A stretch of 64,000 nucleotides of DNA, taken from positions 186,001 through 250,000 of the forward strand of contig NIVC01000111.1 in NCBI GenBank assembly GCA_002269645.1, in the 5' to 3' direction. Made by a program: the position numbers and the translations under genes. Origin of the DNA: Macrostomum lignano. Lineage: Eukaryota. The notes below the pieces were generated by a model. That model saw only the letters and a program-made list of their open reading frames with translations, was not told the origin of the DNA and made no database searches. Each line of letters opens with the position of its first letter. The stretch's first letter is position 1. This document shows positions 35,700 to 45,800 of the stretch, in pieces.

Positions 35700-37340
35700 T
35701 CTCACCCTGATTCTCCCTGAGTCTCTCTCACTGTCTCAACCTGATTCTCTCTCACTGTCTCAACCTGATTCTCTCACTCTGTCTCACTCTGATTCTCTCA
35801 CTGTCTCACCCTGAGTCTCTCTCACTGTCTCACTCTGACTCTCTCTCTCACTGTCTCACCATGATTCTCTCTCACTATATCACCCTGACTCTCTCTCTCT
35901 CTCTCACTGTCTCACCCTGATTCTCTTTGACTGTCTCACCAATAGTCTCTCACTCTGTCTCACTCTGATTCTCTCACTGTCTCACCCTGAGTCTCTCTCA
36001 CTGTCTCACTCTGATTCTCACTCACTGTCTCACTCTGATTCTCACTCACTGTCTCACTCTGATTCTCACTCACTGTCTCACTCTGATTCTCACTCACTGT
36101 CTCACTCTGATTCTCACTCACTGTCTCACTCTGATTCTCACTCACTGTCTCACTCTGATTCTCACTCACTGTCTCACTCTGATTCTCACTCACTGTCTCA
36201 CTCTGATTCTCACTCACTGTCTCACTCTGATTCTCACTCACTGTCTCACTCTGATTCTCACTCACTGTCTCACTCTGATTCTCTCACTGTCTCACCCTGA
36301 GTCTTTCTCACTGTCTCACTCTGATTCTCACTCACTGTCTCACTCTGATTCTCACTCACTGTCTCACTCTGATTCTCACTCACTGTCTCACTCTGATTCT
36401 CACTCACTGTCTCACTCTGATTCTTACTCACTGTCTCACTCTGATTCTCACTCACTGTCTCACTCTGATTCTCACTCACTGTCTCACTCTGATTCTCACT
36501 CACTGTCTCACTCTGATTCTCACTCACTGTCTCACTCTGATTCTCACTCACTGTCTCACTCTGATTCTCACTCACTGTCTCACTCTGATTCTCACTCACT
36601 GTCTCACTCTGATTCTCACTCACTGTCTCACTCTGATTCTCACTCACTGTCTCACTCTGATTCTCACTCACTGTCTCACTCTGATTCTCACTCACTGTCT
36701 CACTCTGATTCTCACTCACTGTCTCACTCTGATTCTCACTCACTGTCTCACTCTGATTCTCACTCACTGTCTCACTCTGATTCTCACTCACTGTATCACT
36801 CTGATTCTCTCACTGTCTCACCCTGAGTCTTTCTCACTGTCTCACTCTGATTCTCACTCACTGTCTCACTCTGATTCTCACTCACTGTCTCACTCTGATT
36901 CTCACTCACTGTCTCACTCTGATTCTCACTCACTGTCTCACTCTGATTCTTACTCACTGTCTCACTCTGATTCTCACTCACTGTCTCACTCTGATTCTCA
37001 CTCACTGTCTCACTCTGATTCTCACTCACTGTCTCACTCTGATTCTCACTCACTGTATCACTCTGATTCTCTCACTGTCTCACCCTGAGTCTTTCTCACT
37101 GTCTCACTCTGATTCTCACTCACTGTCTCACTCTGATTCTCACTCACTGTCTCACTCTGATTCTCACTCACTGTCTCACTCTGATTCTCACTCACTGTCT
37201 CACTCTGATTCTTACTCACTGTCTCACTCTGATTCTCACTCACTGTCTCACTCTGATTCTCACTCACTGTCTCACTCTGATTCTCACTCACTGTCTCACT
37301 CTGAGTCTCACTCACTGTCTCAACCTGATTCTCTCACTGT
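35700..37340. repeat. Minisatellite, 24 bp unit (CTCACTCTGATTCTCACTCACTGT), with a about 262 bp higher-order repeat
   Basis: SENQSETV periodicity. Variant markers recur at 262 and 526 bp spacing. Confidence 0.97.
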
Positions 37341-37888
37341 CTTTGTTATTTTTTTGTTATGTCTCGTTAATTTTCTGTTCTGGTTTATTCTTGCCGCATA
37401 AATATTGTTTTATGCTGTCAAGGACTGTCACACTTTGTCTAAAGCACTTCTATCACGTGCTTTATTCACGACTTGGCTCTGTCATTGTTTATCAGTCTTT
37501 TTTGGCCTCCACTAACCTCACTGTTCCCCCTGGGTTGCGTTGGAGCATTGCAATTTTTCTCAATCAGCCTCCAAAACAAGTGGAACAATGGGAGAGTCAG
37601 CAGGGTCCACCCTAATTCAATTTTTGTCATCGTTAACTAGCCTTAGCTTTGCATAAATCCATTAGTGATTGCTTGTGGAGCAAAATGAGTAAACACACAG
37701 CAACTCTGTTCGGGAACTCCTTTTTTGTGCATGCCAATTTTGCTCCTAGAAGAGGAGCCAACAACGGTATGATGTCGTTTGCTTTTTTATTTTTTGTAAC
37801 CATTTATGGGGCCAGTCCTCAGTCTGTTGGCCTTGGTTGACTTCAGTTGACCTCATTTGACCTCAATTGACCTGGATCTGACCCCGAG

Positions 37889-38626
37889 TCACGTGACCCT
37901 CCTCGGGGCTCCTCGGCGGCTGCACCGGCTTCTCCTCGACCTCGGCTGGAGCGGCGGCAGCGGCGGACGGCGCCATCCGGGTGGAGACGGTCTTGCCCGA
38001 CAGCCCGGCCAGCGGCGGTCGCTGCAGCAGCCGCCGAAGCCTCCGCTGCGCTTGGCCCCCTCCGCCCCCGCCTGCGCCGGGTCCGTCGCCGAGTTCAGCT
38101 GCTCGTCCTCATCAAACAGCCGCCACACCAGCGACGGCAGGATCAGCCCGACGGCGGTGACGACCGCGCCAACGCTGAAGACGCCGAGAGCGACGTACTT
38201 CAGCACATTGGCGCTCCGGTTCCACTCCTGGTTGGTGCGGCTGCGCACGAAGCCCTGGACTCCGGGCAGCTCAACGAGCTCCGGCTCGTGCGGCAGGAAG
38301 AAGGCGATGGCGAGGCCGAGGGCGCCGAAGATCAGGCAGTTGATGCCGATCCACAGCATCGCCTTCCACACGATCGGCCGCAGGTGGCAGCCCCGCCGCT
38401 GCTTGCCGCCGCCTCCGCCGCCGCTCGCCAGCAGGCGTCGCATCTCGTCGCTGGCATCGACGGTGGCCGCATCGGCTGGAGGCGCCGCGCCCTCGTCAAG
38501 GCCGCCGCTTCCGCCAGCGCCGCCGCCGCCGCAGTAGAACTTGTGCAGGTAGGATTTCACCTTGGGCCTCGGCGGCGGCTGGGGCTTGGAGGCCTCGGCC
38601 GCAGCCTGCGGTGTGACGTCCGACAT
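37889..38626 (-). CDS. NRSN1: Neurensin family vesicle membrane protein (C-terminus uncertain, possible frameshift)
   Basis: ATG at 38626 (MSDVTPQ...). KVKSYLHKFY matches neurensin GVRSYLHQFY. IVWKAMLWIGINCLIFGALGLAIAFFLP is TM1 and LKYVALGVFSVGAVVTAVGLILPS is TM2. The NRSN1 versus NRSN2 orthologue is not resolvable. Confidence 0.82.
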   Translation of the reverse strand: MSDVTPQAAAEASKPQPPPRPKVKSYLHKFYCGGGGAGGSGGLDEGAAPPADAATVDASDEMRRLLASGGGGGGKQRRGCHLRPIVWKAMLWIGINCLIFGALGLAIAFFLPHEPELVELPGVQGFVRSRTNQEWNRSANVLKYVALGVFSVGAVVTAVGLILPSLVWRLFDEDEQLNSATDPAQAGAEGAKRSGGFGGCCSDRRWPGCRARPSPPGWRRPPLPPLQPRSRRSRCSRRGAPRRVT

Positions 38627-38689
38627 TCCTGACTGCCGAGGCTGCTGCTGGGCCTGCGCGAGGAGGTTGGAGTTGCATTGAGGGTCGTC

Positions 38690-39065
38690 TGACACTTCTA
38701 GGATTCGTCTGACACTACTGGGACTCGTCTGACACTACTGGGATTCGTCTGACACTTCTAGGATTCGTCTGACACTACTGGGATTCGCCTGACACTTCTG
38801 TCAAGGTTTACCTGACACTTTACGGATTCATTTGACACTTCTAGAATTCGTCTGACACTACTTGGATTCGTCTAACACTACTTGGATTCGTCTGACACGA
38901 CTTGGATTCGTCTGACACTACTGGGATTCGCCTGAAACTTCTGTCAAGGTTTATCCGACACTTCTAGGATTCGTCTGAAATTTCTAGGATTCGTCTGACA
39001 CTTTTAGGATTCGTCTGACACTTTTAGGATTCGTCTGACACTTTTAGGATTCGTCTGACACTTCT
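38690..39065. repeat. Minisatellite, 20 bp unit (GGATTCGTCTGACACTTCTA), abutting the neurensin coding-exon acceptor
   Basis: On the - strand the last copy supplies GTGTCAG|ACGACC (acceptor 38689). Confidence 0.93.
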
Positions 39066-39554
39066 ACAAAAGTACTATACGTACACTTCTGGGCCAACTG
39101 TACTCGTATTTTCAAGTCATTCTTGATGGAAATGTTTTGAAAAAATTGTCTAAAAGTTGCACCGCCTTAAGAATGCTCTGGCATGAATTCTTCGATGCCT
39201 GATTTTCTTGACCTCTTCAGGTGTTTCCCGGGTTACTCGAGCAGTCTTCTGCTTCTGCTGCCTCGCAGGCAACAGTATTTTTGCTCCCGAGCAGTTGATG
39301 AGCTTCTCCCATCGGGCCTCGCTAACAGCGCACTTCTGGAGCTTTGAATGGCCACTTCAACAGACGCGCAGTTTCATATCGATCACTTGAGAGGATGAGA
39401 AATTTCTAAATGCTCCCGATGGGAGATCCATGCCTGTCTGTGTCCCCAGCAACTGGGGAAAAGCATTTAGCACTGGCAGTGCTGGCGCTGACACGCAAGA
39501 CTGCTGTGCAGTGGCACAGAGTGGCTCATCGGTATGCAAGCTCGTACAAGATGG

Positions 39555-39880
39555 TGAGATGGGGTGGGGATAGAGATAGGGTGAGAAGGAGAGATGGGGT
39601 CAGAGGGAGAGATGGGGTGAGAGGGAGAGACGGGGTGAGAATGAGAGACGGGGTGAGAATGAGAGACGGAGTGAGATTGAGAGATGGGGTGAGATTGAGA
39701 GATGGGGTGAGATTGAGAGACGGAGTGAGATTGAGAGATGGGTGAGAGTGAGATGATGGGGTGAGAGGGAGATGGGTGAGATTGAGAGATGAGGTGAGAG
39801 GGAGAGATCGGTGAGAGTGAGATGATAGGGTGAGAGGGAGATGGGATGAGAGGGAGAGATGGGGCCAGAGAGGTAGAGAG
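39555..39880. repeat. GA-rich about 18 bp repeat (GGGGTGAGATTGAGAGAT)
   Basis: Tandem copies within the predicted neurensin 5'UTR intron. Confidence 0.88.
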
Positions 39881-39986
39881 GGTGAAGGAGATCTCATATT
39901 ATAGTTTACAGCCGCACTGCGCTAGACGAATGAACTGTGAATAATCTGCACACGATTTCCGCAAGTCACTGGTGAACCGGGCTCAC

Positions 39987-40400
39987 CTGCTCCAGTCGGC
40001 AGTGCTCACAGCTACCAGTTTAGAATTTCTTTATCAGTTCCGAGTCGCTGCTCGGAGAGGCCGAATCCAGAAGAGCTCCTCTAGTTTGCTTTCCTCCCTT
40101 TGATGTCGGATGCCGGGCGGGGTTTCTCCGGCGCCGCCTCAATTCGGAAGATGAGGTGGGAGAAAGGGGTGGAGGAGAAGCATTTGGGGGTTGGGGGCGG
40201 GATTTGGCCGTCCAGAATCCCCAGGATTTCGCTCCATCAAGCCGCGATGCCCGCACAGCCCGGACCCGCACAGCGAATCAGAGAGGGAGTGGGGCGCTCT
40301 TGAGTACAGCTGAAATGCATTTCTGCTACACGTCTGTCTCTCCATGCCTGCTCAAGACAACTGCGAGAGCAGCTCCGGCCCCTGCAGGCTCCACCCAAGC
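39987..40400 (-). other. Predicted non-coding 5'UTR exon of the neurensin gene (5' boundary unknown)
   Basis: GC-rich unique sequence ending in a strong donor GCAG|GTGAGC (intron starts at 39986 on the - strand). Confidence 0.5.
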
Positions 40401-41381
40401 AGGCCAATGGTTTTGAGGCGGAAGCTCGCGACTCCGCAATTCCCTGCCTCCTGCCCCAAATTGTGAGAGTTTGAGAAATTGTTGGAGTCATTGCGGGTGC
40501 TCCTGCCATTGTCTCTCCGTTAGGGTACTGGTAGGGTTAGGGTTGGGGTTAGGGTTTGATTTTCACAAGGGAAGCGTTATCGTTTGAGCTGCTTGAACAG
40601 ATCTGAACATTTCGTGGTGGATCGAACCATTGGTTATAGATGAATTTAAACAGACACTTGTGATACTCGTAAGTGCGATCAGTATTGGAGTTATGTAATT
40701 TGAATATTTTCAAAACCGTGAAGAAAGGGTTTCGGTTGTTACGAATATTGTGAAAGCAGTAACTGTTTCAACGTGAAAGTGTGAATAGTGTGATACGATT
40801 CTTGTAAGAACGAGAGGGAAGGAGAGATTAGTTGTATAAAGTTTTTTAAACATTTATACACATGTATAGTATCAATAATACCGAACTTCTACTTGATTTC
40901 TTACTAATAATAGTATTATATGAAAAATGCCAACTAAAATGTGTTCAATAATCTAGTAGTAATAAAATTACAAGGTTTCGACATTGTATTGTCATTATTC
41001 TGAGAAAAGTGGAAAAGCAGAAAGCATCAGTCCTCCATGAGCCACAGCGCAGCATCACGTGACCTGAACTCGTTATTCCCTCTGCCCCTTGTTCATAAAC
41101 TCGGTAAGCATCGGCTGTCTGCAATCTGAGAGAGTCGTTCCTGAGGCTGACTCGTAGCCCTTTGACTGCATTGCAGACGCATATTCAATCCCAAGAAGCT
41201 GACTATTCTGATGACAAGCTGTTGTCGAGCATTTTGCCAACTACATGTACGGCACAAAAGCTTACTTATAGTAGTCTCATTAGTTCGAAAATGTGGTTTG
41301 TTCTTTTTAGCTTGAAAAAGCAATAATTTTTTTAACTTTTCGAACAAAGGTTATTAGAGGCTGCCAAGGTGTGAAATATCT

Positions 41382-41615
41382 TTGTGGATCATTGTGGATC
41401 GTTGTAGAACTTTGTGGATCTTTGTGAATCTTTGTGGGTCTTTGTGGAACTTTGTGGATCTTTGTGGAACTTTGTGGATCTTGGTGAATCTTTGTGGATC
41501 TTTGTGGATCTTTGTGGCTCTTTGTGGATCTTTATGGGTCTTTGTGGAACTTTGTGGAACTTTGTGGATCTTTGTGGAACTTTGTGGATCTTTGTGAATC
41601 TTTGTGGATCTTTGC
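41382..41615. repeat. 10 bp repeat (TTTGTGGATC/TTTGTGGAAC)
   Basis: Tandem copies, flanked by AAG|GTGTGA (41369) and TTTGTAG| (41631). Confidence 0.93.
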
Positions 41616-42285
41616 AAAAAGTGATTTGTAGCACAGCGATAGTAACCCTACAGAAATTAGTTATTCAGTTTATCACAAAATATTGTAAAACAAAAAATTG
41701 ACGATCAAAAATGAGCTTGCGAAGCGAAATCGTTTATTGAAATGGGAATCAACTCTGGTTGCCCTTGAACTGCTCGATTTTGTTTATTGGGTCCGATGCA
41801 CTTTACACCTGAAAGTGGAGAAGGCAATACTGTGTATCTCGGCTTTGACAACTTTTTTGTCACTATTTTGAAGAAAAAAAATTCTTTTTTACTTTTAAAA
41901 GAACGAAACGGAGACAGCGAGGTAACTTCCCATGTGGGAAAATTATTATCGAATTAAGTTGGGACGCATTAGACGGATTGATTGCATGTGGAATCAGTGA
42001 ATTTATGATTCATGATTTATTAATTAATGCTGTAATTCAGAGCAGAGACCAGGTTGGACAAGTCAGGAATGATAATTTCAGCCCTGGTTTCTGAGACTTG
42101 ACTATTGTTAACTACTTGCTAACTTTTATTGCAGCCACCGACCTGTCCCACCGCGCTCGCACTGAGGTCAAAATAATGACACAAAAATGAAGCGAAAATG
42201 TCTTGAACTGTCTGTTTAAATAGAAAACGTTTGCCAATCCCTATGCAGTCAGGTGGGGGACGAAAGTCCCCATGTCACGTGACCT

Positions 42286-42830
42286 TCACAGCGGACGACA
42301 GGTCAGGCGTCCGCGGGTGCCGCAGCCGCTGGCCGAGCAACGGCACTCCTGGAAGCCCCCGGACAGTCCGCTGGCCGACTCGGCCGCCACCTCGGCCGCC
42401 AGACGGTCGGCGAAGACCCGGCCGAACAGCTCGGCCCGGCCGCCCGCGTACTGCCGCCGTCGCAGGAAGCGCAGGTCGAACACGGAGCCGCCCGACTCGG
42501 CAGCGAGCCGGCCGCACTTGCCGGCGGGCCGGCGGGTGAAGCCGTGCAGCTCGGCGCTGCCCTCCGGCGACTCCAGCGAGAAGGCCTTGCCGGAGTCGAC
42601 GCCGAACGCCTGCGATCTGCGGCCGAAGAAGTAGGTCGGCATGGCCTCCTCAGTCAGCAGGTGCAGCCGGACGCCGGACTCGAGCAGCGACTGCCGGACC
42701 GACTGCAGAGTGCGGCGGCCCTCGTGGCACTCATCGCACGCCACCAGGATCACGTGACGCGACGCCTCTGGCCGAAGCTCGCCGAGTCGAGCGGCCAGAC
42801 GCACGGCCTCGAGAGCGTCGGAGCCTCTGG
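42286..42830 (-). CDS. Giant large lipid transfer protein (apolipophorin/apoB-like), C-terminal segment after frameshift 2
   Basis: (ARGS)DALEAVRLAARLGELRPEASRHVILVACDEC...ECRC...TCRPL* continues the vWA-like post-vWD domain begun by ADIVLVLEERGC. Stop TGA at 42286-42288. Confidence 0.8.
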
Positions 42831-45800
42831 CCCATCGACGCTGGCATCGGCGGTGTTGTGCGTCTCAACGGCGTCCAGCGCGCGCAGGAGCTGCTCCTCG
42901 GATCCCATGAGCTCGCCGGCCAGGGTGTGCCAGTGCGGCCGGCTGCGCTCCGTGGCCACCGCCTTGCCGCGCAGGTGCGCCGGGTTGCCGAAGCCCAGCA
43001 GGCCGAACCGGATGTCCGACACGCCGCTCGTGCTCAGGCTGCTCTTCACCTGGGCGACCAGCCGCGGAAGCCGGCGCAGGGTCTCCCGGCCGATGCAGCC
43101 GCGCTCCTCCAGCACCAGCACGATGTCGGCCGCGACTGCGTCCGGCGCCCGCAGGCGGTGGCTCTGGCCGAGCGCCAGCTGCCGGTAGCCATCGCCGCGT
43201 GTGTTGCAGCTCAGACACTTGGCCGGGGCCCGCAGTCCGCGAAGTCCCTTGGCGTCGCAGTGGCGGATGTAGGCGACGGCGGCGCGGCACACTTGCTGTG
43301 CGCCACCTGTGCGGCGCTCCTGAGCGCAGATGTCCCGGAACGGCGCCGGGTCCACGAAGGAGTAGCAGCGACGGAATGGGGACGAGCGCGGAGACTCAAA
43401 CAGGTCCAGACAGTCTGTGTGAACTCGCTCAGGCACCTTGATGATGCTGGCTAGGTTAGCGTGCCGGCACGCGCCCAGTCTCCACGAGCCGGTGAAGTCC
43501 AGAACCGCGTCGGAGCGTCGGCCCCTGCTGCTGATCAGGTCGTTGAACGGCTCGTTGTCGAAGTTGCCGAACAGGCCGCCCAGCCGACCGTGGTACCAGC
43601 CGGACACGCTGACCGTGTGCGTGTCGGCCTCGGGGTCCACGGTGATGGTGAACAGATGGCCGAGGTCCTTCGCCCGCAGTCCCGAGCCAGTCCGGACGAT
43701 GCTCAAGTCGCCAATGTTGAGCGGCAGCTCCTGCTGAGCTCCATCGACCAGCACGTGCAGGCGCGGCGTCACCCGGATGCGCTTGCCGTAGGCGAAGATG
43801 TCGAGGCTCTTGCCGGACCGGCCGTAGGTCAGGCCGACCGCCCAGCCCCTGCCGCGGAAGTCCCTGGCGAGCAGGTAGCCGCACTCGCCGCTGCCTCGGA
43901 AGTCGAAGTGCCGTCCATCGAAGGTCACGAAGTGGTCGCCGATCACGGAGGCGACGCCCTTGAACTTGGGGATCCACGAGCCGGAGGGCATGTCGAAGTC
44001 CGGGATGGAGTCGTACACCACATCGCGCACGGCCGTCAGCTTTCGTCGCACGGTGTTGAAGGAGTTCCGGGCCGACTTGTAGCTGTTTTCCAGCCGTCCC
44101 TGCACTTCTTCCAGGCCGGATGAGGGCGGCGTCTTCAGATCTTTCCACTTCATAGGCGAATAAAAGTGCGCTTCGAACTTTCCTTGCTTGAAGTTGTTCT
44201 CAATGATGGCATTCTTGGACAGGCCCAAATAGTCAGTTGCCAAGCCGATGGTGTTCTGTCTCAGGTACTCCACACCCTGGAGATAGTTGTCTCTGGCGAA
44301 GTCTTTCAAATTCTGCTCGATGTTGAAGTGGTCCAGGAACCATCTAGACTGCGTGTAGGCGCCAGAAGCCATGGAACTGAGCAGTCCGTCGCCTACCATG
44401 CGATTCACGTGGTGCCTGACCCGTGCCTTCGCGGAGGTGATCATCACGGCTGCGCTGTCCGAAGCTCGGCCAATGCTGGCCTCGATGGACCGGTGGGCTG
44501 TCAGCACCTGCTCGCGGATGTCGGAGTGCAGCAAGTTGAATGCCTCGTAGTTGACCTCGCTGACCGAGCGCGCCACGCGCATACGGAGGTCGCCAAGGGT
44601 CGCCGCGCTGCCGCTAAGCGGGTTGACCGCGGCAAATCGCTGGTAGCCGCTGTGCGCCGCGTCCAGAGCGGGTCGAATGCCGTCCACGGCGCTGTTGATG
44701 AAGCGCAGCGCGTGCCCGTTCACCTTGCGGTAGAGACGGTCCCGGTGGTGTTGATAGACGGCGTAGACTCGAGTGGCGTGTCCATAGCAACGGCTGGCGT
44801 GGCTGGCGATGCGGTTGGCTGCACTGACGACATGCGGGTGGACGTAGGCTGAGTAGGCGTCCATCGCGCTCTGTGCGGCTCCCACAATTCTGGATACCAC
44901 GGCGCGAGTGACTTCTCTGACGGCTTCGTAAATGTCGCGGCTGTAGAATTCGTTTCGGATGTACATGTCTCGGAACTGAGCGTTCATGTAGCCGAGGTCC
45001 CGACGCAGGGGTTCCAGCTCCTGAGCTACACTGTTAGCGGCGCTCGATAGGTCGGGCAGGATGAGATCGTTGCGAACCTGCGCCAGGATTTCGTACACAC
45101 AGGAGGCCTTCATAGACGCCATCAGGGCTCGGCCGTCGTTGAGCAGCGCTGGCAGGCTTTCGCGCAGAGCGGCATAGCGGAGCAGACTGCTTGTGGGATT
45201 CCAGTGCAGCTTCACTTTCATGAGGTTCCGGGACTTTAGCTGGACCTGAGCCAGCAGTTGCTGCATCTTCACCTGGTTAGTCACTCGGTGCACGTCCGCC
45301 CTTAGGTGCCAGTCGTCGGCGTATCCGAGGGCAGCGGAAAATCGGTCATTCTCCCTGGGCTCGTAGATTAGTTGAAGATCTGGCTGACTGGAGACGCGGA
45401 CTTCCAGTTTCTGTCCGTGAGTCTTCGCGGTGTAAGTTGTTGCTCCCAGTTTCACTGTCTTCTTTAGCTCGAGGCTGCATCGTTTAGTTGGCAGGACCAG
45501 GTCAACGCGAAGCGCGCTGGAGCTGAGCTCAACCACAGATTGCATCACGGTGGGCCGGCCCCCAGCATCGGTGTAGTGGATGGACAAGTTGCCGCTCCGC
45601 ACCTCCGATGTCGTCGTCATCTCGCCATTGATCCTAAAGTCGACGTTGCTGCTTGCCTGGGACAGGCTGGCTGAGAGTTGGGTGCTCTCTGGAGCTTTTT
45701 GAACGGCCGACCACTTGAGTACAATTGTGTCCTGAATTTTCTTCGTAATGTCCAACCTGATGTCAGTGGAGTGCAACGTTTTTCCCACTCCCCTTTCGGT

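Noticed and set aside
4040-37340. CRISPR-like appearance of the 20-45 bp repeat arrays
   Set aside because: The units are head-to-tail with no unique spacers, there are no cas genes, and the context is eukaryotic.
40533-40556. TTAGGG-like telomeric repeat (also TTTAGGG within the 5.1-6.0 kb array)
   Set aside because: Only about four imperfect copies, too short to indicate a telomere or fusion scar.
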